Assembly (NCBI GenBank): GCA_035493615.1
Contig: DATJHW010000085.1
Span: 1,363 to 65,362 of the forward strand
Source of the DNA: Candidatus Saccharimonadales bacterium
GTDB lineage: Bacteria > Chloroflexota > Limnocylindria > P2-11E
Length of the DNA: 64,000 nt
Reading direction: 5' to 3'
The notes under the pieces are model-generated. The model had not been told where the DNA came from. It saw only the letters and a program-made list of their open reading frames with translations, and searched no databases. Below, piece by piece: positions 17,171 to 26,030 of the stretch (positions are counted from its first letter, which is position 1; each line of letters opens with the position of its first letter). The translations under genes and the position numbers were made by a program.

Positions 17171-18974
17171 CCTCGTGAGCGCGGTATTGGAGCTCGTAGA
17201 GGCGATGGTAGACGCCGTGCTGACCGAGGAGCTCGCGGTGCGAGCCCATCTCGGCGACCCGGCCCTTGTGCAGCACGATGATCCGATCGACGTTCTGGAT
17301 CGTCGAGAGGCGGTGGGCGATGATGATCGAGGTCCGCCCGACCATGAGCTTCTTCAGCGCGTCCTGGATCAGGTGCTCGGTCTCCGTATCGACGGACGAG
17401 GTGGCCTCGTCGAGCACCAGCATGATCTCCGGGTTGAACGCGATCGCCCGGGCGAACGCGAGGAGCTGCTTCTGGCCGACCGATAGGGTCGAGCCGCGCT
17501 CCGTCACCACGGTCTCATACGCATCCGGCAGCCGCTCGATGAACTTGTCCGCGTTCACGAAGCGCGCGGCCGACCGCACTTGCTCGTCGGTGATGCCGGT
17601 CTCGTTCAGGCGGATGTTCGAGGCGATCGTGCCGGCGAAGATGAACGGGTCCTGGAGCACGACGCCGACATGCCGGCGGACATCGCGCTGCGCCAGGTCG
17701 CGCAGGTCCACCCCGTCCAGGAGGATGCGGCCCTTCTGCACGTCGTAGAAGCGCGAGATGAGGCTGATGATCGAGGTCTTCCCCGCCCCGGTCGCACCGA
17801 CGATGGCGACGCTCTCGCCGGCGGAGATCTTGAAGTCGACGTCGCGCAGGACCCAGTCGCCCTCGTTGTACGCGAAGGACACGTTGTCCATCGTGATCTC
17901 CCCACGGACGCTCGGGAGCGCGATCGGGTGCGGCGCGTCCACGATCGTGGCCTCCGTGTCCAGAAGCCGGAACACGCGCTCGGACGAGGCCATGGCGGAC
18001 TGGAGGATGTTGTATTTCTCCGACAGATCCTGGATCGGCCGGAAGAATTGATCGAGGAGCTGCCAGAACGCGAGCAGCGTGCCGATGGTCAGCTGCCCGC
18101 CGAGGGCCCAGTAGCCGCCGGCGATGAAGATCGCCGACGCAGCGCCCGCTCGGGTGAACGTGACCGCCGGGAAGAACAGGCTCATCGCCTTGATCGCACC
18201 CTGGTTCGCGTTCAGCAGGTCGGTGTTCAGCTCATCGAACTGCCGGTACGCCCGCGGCTCGCGCGTGAACAGCTGAACGATCGACATCCCGCTGATGTTC
18301 TCGTTCAGGTACGCGTTGATCCGGGCGAGCCGGATCCGGATGCTCCGGAACGACTCGCGCATCGTCTTCCGGAAGTAGAACGTGAGCGCGACGATGATCG
18401 GCAGCGTCGCGTACGTGAGGAGCGCGAGTCGCCAGTCGAGGAACAGCAGGACGACGGCGATACCGATCAGCATGAGGAAGTCGCCGAAGATCGACACGAC
18501 CCCTTGGGTCACCATGTCGGTGAGGGCGTCGATGTCGTTGGTGATCCGGGTCATGAGCCGGCCCACCGGGTTGCGATCGAAGAACGAGAGCGACAGCGAC
18601 TGCAGGTGCCCGAACAGCTGGACCCGCAGGTCGTACATCGCGCGCTGTCCGACATACGTGGTGAGGATGTTCTGCCCATACCGCAGGGCGGCCGACGCGA
18701 GCAGCACGCCGAGGTACGCCGCGCCGAGCGGCACGAGGAGCCGGAGGCCTTCGGCGGCCGGGATGTCACCGTTCACCGCCGGCGCGATGGCCGAGTCGAT
18801 CAGGAACTTCGTGATGATCGGCGGCGCGATGTCGGAGAACGACAGGAACACGAGCACCACGAAGGCCACGGCGACCGGCCCTTTGTACGGCCGCAGATAC
18901 GAGAGCAGCCGCCGCATGAGCCGCCCGTCGTAGGCCTTACCGAGGATCTCGTCCTCCTGGAAGAAGCCGGCCAT
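17157..18974 (-). CDS. ABC transporter, fused permease/ATP-binding protein (exporter type)
   Basis: 605 aa. Six-helix TMD, then Walker A GATGAGKTS, signature LSVGQKQLLAFARA, Walker B MLVLDEATS. Confidence 0.9.
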   Translation of the reverse strand: MAGFFQEDEILGKAYDGRLMRRLLSYLRPYKGPVAVAFVVLVFLSFSDIAPPIITKFLIDSAIAPAVNGDIPAAEGLRLLVPLGAAYLGVLLASAALRYGQNILTTYVGQRAMYDLRVQLFGHLQSLSLSFFDRNPVGRLMTRITNDIDALTDMVTQGVVSIFGDFLMLIGIAVVLLFLDWRLALLTYATLPIIVALTFYFRKTMRESFRSIRIRLARINAYLNENISGMSIVQLFTREPRAYRQFDELNTDLLNANQGAIKAMSLFFPAVTFTRAGAASAIFIAGGYWALGGQLTIGTLLAFWQLLDQFFRPIQDLSEKYNILQSAMASSERVFRLLDTEATIVDAPHPIALPSVRGEITMDNVSFAYNEGDWVLRDVDFKISAGESVAIVGATGAGKTSIISLISRFYDVQKGRILLDGVDLRDLAQRDVRRHVGVVLQDPFIFAGTIASNIRLNETGITDEQVRSAARFVNADKFIERLPDAYETVVTERGSTLSVGQKQLLAFARAIAFNPEIMLVLDEATSSVDTETEHLIQDALKKLMVGRTSIIIAHRLSTIQNVDRIIVLHKGRVAEMGSHRELLGQHGVYHRLYELQYRAHEGASA

Positions 18975-20816
18975 CTAGCCGTTCTCGCCCATCCCGCCGC
19001 TGCCCATGCGCGTGCGGAACTCGGTCGGCCCCGTGTCCTGCGCGGCCTTCACCCGCTTCTCGTGCTCGTCCCGTTCGGTGTCGACGTCGAGCTCCTCCTC
19101 GAGCAGCTGACGGCGGTACATCTGGGCGTAGATGCCGTTGCGTTCGAGGAGCTCGCGGTGCGTTCCGCGCTCGGCGACCCGTCCTTCGTCCAGGACGAGG
19201 ATCTCGTCGGCGTCCTTCACGGTCGAGATGCGGTGGGCGACGATGATGCTCGTGCGCTCCTGCAGGACGCCGCGGAGACGCCGCAGGATCTCTGACTCGG
19301 TGTACGTGTCCACTGCGCTCATCGCGTCATCGAGGATCACGATGCGCGGATCCTTCGCGACGGCCCGCGCGATCGCCGTCCGCTGCTTCTGGCCCCCCGA
19401 CAGCGTGACGCCCCGCTCGCCGATCATGGTGTCGTAGCGCGCCGGGAAATCTTCGACGTCCTTGTTCAGCTGCGACACGTCTCCGGCCCAGTCGAGCTTC
19501 GGATCGTCGAGCGCGGCCTCCAGGCCGAAGCTCACGTTCTCGCGCAGCGGGACGCTGAACAGGAACGTCTCCTGCGGGACGTAGCCGACGGCTCGCCGAA
19601 GGGCCGCCAGCGGGTACCGCTTCACATCGATCCCATCGATCAGCACGTCGCCCGACGTCGCGTCGAAGAGCCGCGGGATGAGGTTCACCAGGCTGGACTT
19701 GCCGGCACCGGTGTGGCCCACGATCGCGAGCGACCCGCCCGCCGGCACCGTGAAGCTGATGTCGTGGAGCACTTCGGTCGGGCCGTACGCGAAGCTCACG
19801 TTGCGGAACTCCACCTCGCCCCGGACGGCGTGCGTGGCGGGATCGGCCGGGTCGGAGATGTCCGGCTGCGCGTCCCAGATCTCCTGGAGCCGCTGGAGCG
19901 AGGCCCAGCCCTGCTGGAAGAGATTCGAGACCCACCCGAGGGCGATCATCGGCCACGCCAGCAGGTTCAGGTACGCGACGAACTGCACGAGCTGGCCCAG
20001 GGTCATCCGTCCCTCGATCGCGTCCTGCCCGCCGATGTAGAGCGTCGCGAGCACCGCGAGGCCGAGGATGAAGGACATCGTCGGCCAGATCAGTCCGTCC
20101 ATCCGCCGGAGGTTGATGGCCCGGCGGACGTACTCCTCGTTCACGGCGGCAAAGCGCGCGATCTCCGCGTTCTCCTGGGAGAACGCCTTCACCACACGGA
20201 TGCCCGAGAAGTTCTCCTGCGCCGTCGTCGACATCTCCGAGAACTGCGCCTGGAGCCGCTCGAACTTCACGTGCACGCGCCGGCCGATGATCCAGAACGT
20301 CAGCGACACCAGGGGCATGAGGACGACGGACAAGAGCGTGAGCTTCACGGAGACGCCGAGCATCGAAACGATCGTGAACGCGAACGTCATGGTCGTGGAC
20401 GCGACGTTCATCACGCCGGGGCCCTGCATCTGCCGCACGGCGGAGAGGTCGTTCGTCATGCGAGCCATCAGGTCGCCGATGCGCTGGTGCTGGAAGTACC
20501 CAAGGTGCATCCGCTGCAGGTGCGCGAACAGGTCGTTGCGCATGTCGTATTCGATGTAGCGGGACGTGTTCATCAGGAAGTAGCGACCGGTGGCCCGGCA
20601 GATCGCGTCGAGGCCCGAGAACAGGAGCGCGAGCAGCGCCAACCGCGCGATCGCGTCGAGCGTCGTGCCGCGGTTGAGGCCGTCGATGATCTGCCCGATG
20701 AAGCGCGGCGGCACGACGGCAGCGACGGACCCAGCGGCGACGGCCAGGATGCCGAGGAGGAGCTGGGTGCGGTGCCTGCCGACGTAGTGGAAATAGGTGG
20801 CCCGGGCGGAGCTCAC
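18975..20816 (-). CDS. ABC transporter, fused permease/ATP-binding protein (heterodimer partner)
   Basis: 613 aa. Walker A GHTGAGKSS, signature LSGGQKQRTAIARA, Walker B IVILDDAMS. Its stop abuts the start of the next ABC gene with no spacer. Confidence 0.9.
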   Translation of the reverse strand: MSSARATYFHYVGRHRTQLLLGILAVAAGSVAAVVPPRFIGQIIDGLNRGTTLDAIARLALLALLFSGLDAICRATGRYFLMNTSRYIEYDMRNDLFAHLQRMHLGYFQHQRIGDLMARMTNDLSAVRQMQGPGVMNVASTTMTFAFTIVSMLGVSVKLTLLSVVLMPLVSLTFWIIGRRVHVKFERLQAQFSEMSTTAQENFSGIRVVKAFSQENAEIARFAAVNEEYVRRAINLRRMDGLIWPTMSFILGLAVLATLYIGGQDAIEGRMTLGQLVQFVAYLNLLAWPMIALGWVSNLFQQGWASLQRLQEIWDAQPDISDPADPATHAVRGEVEFRNVSFAYGPTEVLHDISFTVPAGGSLAIVGHTGAGKSSLVNLIPRLFDATSGDVLIDGIDVKRYPLAALRRAVGYVPQETFLFSVPLRENVSFGLEAALDDPKLDWAGDVSQLNKDVEDFPARYDTMIGERGVTLSGGQKQRTAIARAVAKDPRIVILDDAMSAVDTYTESEILRRLRGVLQERTSIIVAHRISTVKDADEILVLDEGRVAERGTHRELLERNGIYAQMYRRQLLEEELDVDTERDEHEKRVKAAQDTGPTEFRTRMGSGGMGENG

Positions 20817-20854
20817 GTGATGCCAAGTCTAATCGGGGCTGTCCGCATCGCCGG

Positions 20855-22171
20855 TCACATTCCGGACGCGGCCTCCGCTCGCACGTGACCCCGTGATGCG
20901 CGGCCGCCTACCCAGGCGACCAGACACGCCATCGCGCCGGCGACGAACACCGGCGCGACGCCGTACGCGTCCGCCACCGGCCCGACCAGCAGGAGCGGCG
21001 CGAAGCTGAAGACCGACACGAGCATGTTCAGCACGCCGAAGATGCGGCCACGGATCTCGTCGTGCAGGTCTGACTGCAGCCGGGTCATCGACGGCACGGT
21101 GATGAACGCGTACGACAGGCCGAAGACGAATGCGGTGAGGCTCACGAGCCCCACGAAGAACGGGAAGCCCGCGGTCGGGCCGGTCGCGTTGCGGAAGATC
21201 ACGCCGAGCGGCCGCTCGGCCGCGAGGATCAACAGCGCGATCGCGGTGACGAGGAGCCCGGTGCCGATCGCGCGGTTCGGCGCGAGCCGGCCGCCGATGG
21301 CGTTCAGCGCCCCGAGTCCGACGACCACGCCGAGGCCGGCGGGCGCCACGAGGACGACCACGTTCTTTTCGCCAAGGCCGAGCACCTCGCGGACGAATCC
21401 GGGCGCGAGCGCGCCGGCGACCGCCACGAGCATGTAGGTGAGCGCGATGTAGACGAGGGACCACACCACCGGCGGGTGTTTCCGCAGGTACGCGAAGGCC
21501 TCTGCGACGCCCCCGAGGGTCTCCGCGACCGCCTTCCCCGCGACCGCCACGCCGATGAGCCGGCCCTCGCGGGTGACCGGCGCGACGGTCGGGACGGTCA
21601 GGCAGAGCAGCGCGGCGCCGGCGAACATCGCGCCGACCACGATGAACAGCGCCAGGTAGCCGGAGAGCGCGATGACGATCGGCGCAAGGATGATGAAGCC
21701 GACGAGGAACGCTCCGTTGAACGTGAACGTGAACAGTGAGTTCGCGACGAGGAGATCGCGTTTCCGCACGATCGCCGGGATCGTCGCCGATTCGGCCGGC
21801 ACGAAGAAGACGGTGATCGCCGCGACGAGGAAGTTCACGATGTAGGCGGTCGTCACGCTCTCTCCGAGAACGAAGAGCGGCAGCACCGCCGCGGCCCGGA
21901 AGGCGTTGGTGATCACGAGCACGCGCTTGCGGTCGCTGCGATCGACGACGACCCCGGCGAACACGCCGAACACGACGGCCGGCAGGATCGCAAGCAGGAT
22001 CAGGATGGACGACGAGGTGTTGGACTTCGTCAGCTCGCCGACGAGCACGATGAGCGCGAAGGTCGTCGCGTTCGCCGCCACCTGCGACAGGATCTGCGCG
22101 GCCCAGAGGGCCAGGAAGGCACGATTGCGGAAGATGCCGCGCTCCGCGGCGTCATCGCCCGGCTGGCCCAT
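20855..22171 (-). CDS. MFS transporter
   Basis: Real start is ATG 22171..22169 (MGQPGDDAAERGIFRNRAFLALWAAQILSQVAAN...). About 12 hydrophobic helices. DRSDRKRVL loop motif. Confidence 0.8.
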   Translation of the reverse strand: MGQPGDDAAERGIFRNRAFLALWAAQILSQVAANATTFALIVLVGELTKSNTSSSILILLAILPAVVFGVFAGVVVDRSDRKRVLVITNAFRAAAVLPLFVLGESVTTAYIVNFLVAAITVFFVPAESATIPAIVRKRDLLVANSLFTFTFNGAFLVGFIILAPIVIALSGYLALFIVVGAMFAGAALLCLTVPTVAPVTREGRLIGVAVAGKAVAETLGGVAEAFAYLRKHPPVVWSLVYIALTYMLVAVAGALAPGFVREVLGLGEKNVVVLVAPAGLGVVVGLGALNAIGGRLAPNRAIGTGLLVTAIALLILAAERPLGVIFRNATGPTAGFPFFVGLVSLTAFVFGLSYAFITVPSMTRLQSDLHDEIRGRIFGVLNMLVSVFSFAPLLLVGPVADAYGVAPVFVAGAMACLVAWVGGRASRGHVRAEAASGM

Positions 22172-22179
22172 CGGCCCGC

Positions 22180-22395
22180 CTATTCGACCGGCGCCAGCGG
22201 ACCGCGCTCGACGAACCGCTTGATGTCGCGCTCGAGCTCGCTGCGGGCGATGAGGACGCGCCGGCCGCAGGTCATGCAGCGCACCCCGATGTCCGCCCCG
22301 AGCCGGACCACCCGCCAGGCGTCGCCTCCGCACGGATGCGCCTTTCGCAGCACGACGACGTCGTCGAGGTAGAGGGGCAGCGGCGGCTTCGGCAT
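22180..22395 (-). CDS. DUF951 family small protein
   Basis: 71 aa from ATG 22395: MPKPPLPLYLDDVVVLRKAHPCGGDAWRVVRLGADIGVRCMTCGRRVLIARSELERDIKRF (HPCG...CxxCG pattern typical of the family). Confidence 0.7.
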   Translation of the reverse strand: MPKPPLPLYLDDVVVLRKAHPCGGDAWRVVRLGADIGVRCMTCGRRVLIARSELERDIKRFVERGPLAPVE

Positions 22396-22421
22396 CAGGA
22401 CGCGGAGTCTAGAAGCGGCGC

Positions 22422-23075
22422 TCAGCGCTGGAGCGCGACCGCCGGTACGTCGATCGCCGTTTCTTTGGTCACCGTGAAGTGAGTCTTCGGATAGATGAGC
22501 TCGAACTGGCCCTCGATCCCCCCGGTGCGCGTGATCGCGACGTAGACGACGTCGCTCGCGCCGATCGCCTTCACCGTCCACGGCCCGTTCAGCTGCCGGC
22601 CGTCGAGGAGGATCGTGTGGTCCGGCCCCGGCCCATACCACGAGCGCGCGCCGACGCGCACGTCATTCACGGAGATCGCTTCGGCACCGGCGTTGCGCAG
22701 CTCGTTCGTCAGGTCGCTCATCGCCCGATCGTCGAACGCGCCGTCGATCTTCACAGTGATCCCCTGCCCGCGCGCGGCACTCAGCGCGGCGAAGATCTTC
22801 AGCTGATCGATCTCGCGCTGGCTCTCGGTCAGCGATCCCTGGCCGCTGGCGACGGACTCGCGCGCCGCGGCCACACGCAGCCGGAGATCGAAGATCTCGT
22901 CGCGGAGGGAGTTGTTGCGGTCGGAGAGATTCGCGATGAGCGTCGTCAGTGATGCCGGGGTCTCGAGCTGCAGGCTGCGCGAGTAGACGTCCTGCGAACG
23001 GAACTGCGTCACGACGAGGATGCCGAGGAACAGCGCGACGACCGTCGCCGCGATCGCGCCGGCGTTCGATCTCAT
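22422..23075 (-). CDS. DUF881 domain membrane protein
   Basis: 217 aa. N-terminal TM helix, coiled region, then GQGITVKIDG...DLTNELRNAGAEAISVNDVRV. Confidence 0.8.
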   Translation of the reverse strand: MRSNAGAIAATVVALFLGILVVTQFRSQDVYSRSLQLETPASLTTLIANLSDRNNSLRDEIFDLRLRVAAARESVASGQGSLTESQREIDQLKIFAALSAARGQGITVKIDGAFDDRAMSDLTNELRNAGAEAISVNDVRVGARSWYGPGPDHTILLDGRQLNGPWTVKAIGASDVVYVAITRTGGIEGQFELIYPKTHFTVTKETAIDVPAVALQR

Positions 23076-23821
23076 TGCGGGATCGCGACGCGCACGGTCA
23101 GCGCGCCGTCATACGCCGGCACATTGATCGCGTTGGCCCGGGTCACCCGGAAGCCCAGGCCCTGCACGTCGCGACGGGCTTTGATGTCGCGAAGCTGGTT
23201 CGGGTCGTCGAAGGCGCCGAGCACGCTGTTCTGCGGCCCGATGACGGCGATGTTGAACGGTGGTGAGAGCAGCGTGCCGTTGACCATGATCGTCGAGCCG
23301 ACGCAGTACACGCTCGTACTGGAGACGACGCGCTGCGCGTTCACCGAGATCGCCTGCGCCCCGCCGCGCCACGCGGTGTTGAGGATGTCCGTCAGATCCG
23401 TGGAGTGGCAGATCGCCTGGTCGAGGTTCGCGGCGCCCGCCGCGACGGTGTGCGAGTCGTCCAGCTGCACCATGACGCCGTCGCCGGTGAGCGGGCTGAG
23501 CCCAGCCTGGGCCTTCAGCAAGGCGAGCTGCTTCTCGAGCTCGCTCGCGGCGCCGCTCTGCGACGACGCGTTCGTCTGGATCGTATCGAGCTGCGCGCGC
23601 AGATCCTGGAGCTGGGCCTTGAGGTCATCCTGCTCCTTCTGGAGCGCGAGGGCCGCGTCGGTGAGCGGCGCGTTGTAGCGCACGGCGATCTCGCTGCGCT
23701 CCTGCTGCCCCTGCCACTGCGACGTGACGAGGAAGCCGAATAGCACCGCCGGGATGAGCAGGGCGAACGCGTGCTGGAGCCGCTGGCGCCGGGGATCCGG
23801 CGTCGCGGCCAGGGTCGTCAC
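23072..23821 (-). CDS. DUF881 domain membrane protein (paralogue)
   Basis: 249 aa. TM helix, coiled coil (LKAQLQDLRAQLD), GDGVMVQLDD...DLTDILNTAWRGGAQAISVNAQRV. ATGA overlap with the next gene. Confidence 0.8.
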   Translation of the reverse strand: MTTLAATPDPRRQRLQHAFALLIPAVLFGFLVTSQWQGQQERSEIAVRYNAPLTDAALALQKEQDDLKAQLQDLRAQLDTIQTNASSQSGAASELEKQLALLKAQAGLSPLTGDGVMVQLDDSHTVAAGAANLDQAICHSTDLTDILNTAWRGGAQAISVNAQRVVSSTSVYCVGSTIMVNGTLLSPPFNIAVIGPQNSVLGAFDDPNQLRDIKARRDVQGLGFRVTRANAINVPAYDGALTVRVAIPQ

Positions 23822-24486
23822 CGCTCAAGTGTCACACGCGCGAGGAGCCGGTCCAGCTCCGCTCGCTCGGTCGGCGTGACATTCTCGTCGCGTTTCCGCC
23901 ATTCGGTCACCGCCGGGAGCACGGCCGCGAAGCCCGGCTCCGCGGCGGCCGCGACGAACGTGTCAAGGAACCGATCCCGCAGCGTCCGCAGGATCACCGG
24001 CATGAGCCCCGGGCCGTCGATGGTCGAGGTCTTCCCGATCACGTACATGAGCGCGACGTCCGCCTCGCCGGGTCCGTTCGCGGCGTTCGCCCAATCGATC
24101 ACCACCGGCCCTCGCGGGGTCATCAGCACGTTGCGCGGATGCAGGTCGAGGTGCAGGAGGGATCGCGGCTCGCCGAACCGTGTTGGAAGTCCGGGCATCG
24201 GCGGGAGCGCATGCAGGCGGCGGTGGAGATCCGCGAGGATCCGCGCGTATCGGCCGACGTTCCACGGGCGCAGCAGGGTCTGCATCTCGGGCCCGTCCAG
24301 CTTCTCGAGTACGAGGTCCGCTCCGGTCGCATCGTGCAGCGCCGGCACGGGAAACCCATGCCCGGCGGCATAGCGGAGCAGGTCGGCCTGCTTCGTCGCG
24401 GGCCGGCCGTCCTTGTGACGGCGGAGGACGCGCCCATCGCCGAGATCGAACACGTCGGCGTCGCGGCCGCTTGCGAGAAGTCGCAC
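23818..24486 (-). CDS. Phosphotransferase (aminoglycoside phosphotransferase/choline-kinase-like family)
   Basis: HLDLHPRNVLMTPRGPVVIDWANA catalytic-loop motif. I prefer GTG 24486 (GGAGGA upstream; VRLLASGRDADVFDLGDGRVLRR) over the track TTG at 24537. Confidence 0.75.
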   Translation of the reverse strand: MRLLASGRDADVFDLGDGRVLRRHKDGRPATKQADLLRYAAGHGFPVPALHDATGADLVLEKLDGPEMQTLLRPWNVGRYARILADLHRRLHALPPMPGLPTRFGEPRSLLHLDLHPRNVLMTPRGPVVIDWANAANGPGEADVALMYVIGKTSTIDGPGLMPVILRTLRDRFLDTFVAAAAEPGFAAVLPAVTEWRKRDENVTPTERAELDRLLARVTLER

Positions 24487-24512
24487 GAGTGGTCCTGGTC
24501 CTCCGTTGTCAG

Positions 24513-24548
24513 CAGCCCCAGAATTGGGCTCGAGCAATTCTGGGGCTG
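24513..24548. repeat. 14-bp perfect inverted repeat whose right arm is the 5-prime acceptor strand of tRNA-Arg
   Basis: cagccccagaattg (24513..24526) / ggctcgag loop / caattctggggctg (24535..24548). The left arm begins with CAGCCCC, identical to the 3-prime acceptor strand of the tRNA. Confidence 0.7.
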
Positions 24549-24614
24549 TAGCTCAGCGGACAGAGCGCCGCCGTCCTAAGGCGGGCGTCGTGGGTTCGAT
24601 TCCCACCAGCCCCT
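24542..24614 (+). tRNA. tRNA-Arg (anticodon CCT)
   Basis: Hand-folded cloverleaf: GGGGCTG/TA/GCTC-AGCGGACA-GAGC/G/CCGCC-GTCCTAA-GGCGG/GCGTC/GTGGG-TTCGATT-CCCAC/CAGCCCC/T. 73 nt, no encoded CCA. Confidence 0.9.
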
Positions 24615-24934
24615 AGTCGCGCACACCGATTCGAGGTACTGCAGCCATCCTGCGCGCGGAGTCGCTGCGACGAGCCGGCCGTCCTCGATCTCGACGTCGG
24701 AGAAGAAGGTCTCGAGCACCTGGCGCCGGAGATGCACAGTGCTCCGTCGCGACGGCTCGACGTGGAAATGAGTAGCCTTGGATGAGGTCCGCCGGGGCTC
24801 GCGTCAGCCAAGTCGTCGTCGAGGTCACCACCTCGAGCGGCTACGCGCGTCAAGCGGCTTAGTGGCTCACGCTATCTCGGATCAACGGCGGCAGCCGGCG
24901 CGCACCCTTCCGCTGGCAGATCGCGGCACTCAGG

Positions 24935-25195
24935 TCAACGGAGCGCGTCGAGCTCGTAGACAACCTTCAGATAGCCGAGTCCCAGTGGCATCTCATACCA
25001 CTCAGATGACACGACCCGATAGCCCTGCGTCACCATCCGCTGCGCATCACGCTCGGCCTGAGGAATCACACGCGCCTCAGAAGAAGGGGTCATGGTCACG
25101 CCCACGGCACTCGCCATGGTCCTCAGGAACGCGGTCATGAGTCCGAACAGGAGACCGGCCTTCCCATACACGCGAACGATGCGCGCAGGCTTCAA
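24935..25195 (-). CDS. Hypothetical protein (86 aa)
   Basis: Track ORF. The composition is not Arg-rich junk (..RMVTQGYRVVSSEWYEMPLGLGYLKVVYELD). It lies in the lower-GC segment after tRNA-Arg. I recognise no family. Confidence 0.35.
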   Translation of the reverse strand: MKPARIVRVYGKAGLLFGLMTAFLRTMASAVGVTMTPSSEARVIPQAERDAQRMVTQGYRVVSSEWYEMPLGLGYLKVVYELDALR

Positions 25196-25343
25196 CGTGT
25201 GCCCACACTAGTCCGCGAGACAGAGCGAGCATCGGCTGTGAGCCAAGCCTTCGAGCCACGCCCGGCGTCGCTATTCGCCCGAGCCCTCCGCTCTGTCAGG
25301 CGCCTGTTGTCTCCCTGGCGCAGGCGTCCGTGTTCGCGCCCGC

Positions 25344-25637
25344 TCAGGCGATGATGAAGGTGTGCGCCTGGAAGAAATCCGGTGGCTCTTCGATCCCGGC
25401 CTCGCGTGGAATCGTGGCCATGGCTTCGTTGAATCGTGCGACAGCCTCTTCCGATTCGAAGACGTCGACGATGCAGAAGCCGTTCTTGCCTTGCCCGGCC
25501 ATGTGAACCAACAGTCCCTCAAACGGCAGATCAGCGGGCGACTCGAAACGAAACTTGCCACCCGTGAGGCGGCGGACAACCTCCTCGTACTTCTCTTGGG
25601 TCAGGCTGGGAACCTGATGCACAGCCATGATCGGCAT
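25344..25637 (-). CDS. Hypothetical small protein, possibly dimeric alpha/beta-barrel (ABM-like) fold
   Basis: ATG 25637 is preceded by AAGGAGG at 7 nt. MPIMAVHQVPSLTQEKYEEVVRRL...GLLVHMAGQGKNGFCIVDVFESEEAVARFNE, 97 aa. Confidence 0.55.
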   Translation of the reverse strand: MPIMAVHQVPSLTQEKYEEVVRRLTGGKFRFESPADLPFEGLLVHMAGQGKNGFCIVDVFESEEAVARFNEAMATIPREAGIEEPPDFFQAHTFIIA

Positions 25638-25809
25638 GGCGCCTACCTCCTTCGCCAGATGACGGCGCGAGCCTAGACCCACGGTCTCAGGCGTCGATGC
25701 GCTCGACCCAGGGGCGCCGCGCGACTCGGCCGCTCTGTCTAGTGACTGTTGTCTCGCTCCGGCATGCGGGCGCGCGATTACTCGTTAGGCCCCGCCGGCG
25801 TCATGCGCC

Positions 25810-25905
25810 GACGGCTCCCCTGTGTCACGCGGCTGGAACGAGACGGCCCGTTACGAGCGCCAGTCTGACGTGTGCGTTACGCGGGTTCGATCCCCACCAG
25901 CCCCT
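25810..25905 (+). repeat. Direct repeat copy 1 (96 nt) ending in a tRNA-Arg 3-prime-end copy; internal 77-nt tRNA-like unit 25829..25905
   Basis: gacggctcccctgtgtcacgcggctggaacgagacggcccgttacgagcgccagtctgacgtgtgcgttacgcgggttcgatccccaccagcccct. It aligns end to end with 26959..27054. Confidence 0.8.
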
Positions 25906-26030
25906 CGGTTGTGTCTGGTGATAGTCATCTCGCTCGCCCAGGCAAGTCATCTGTCAGCCGCTTCCGTCGCTGGCGAGGTGCGAAGCGGCGTGCGCCGCAT
26001 CGCCGATGCCGGTACCGTGCGCCGAACAGG

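Noticed and set aside
25829-25905. The tRNA-like repeats as functional tRNA-Arg(UCU) or as tRNA-Sec (selC) serving the UGA-peroxiredoxin.
   Set aside because: The loops read AGUCUGA/AUUCUGA, so there is no UCA anticodon. Copy 1 lacks U33 and has an acceptor mismatch. Copy 2 has degenerate D and T arms. No long variable arm or 8/5 acceptor/T geometry of tRNA-Sec is present.
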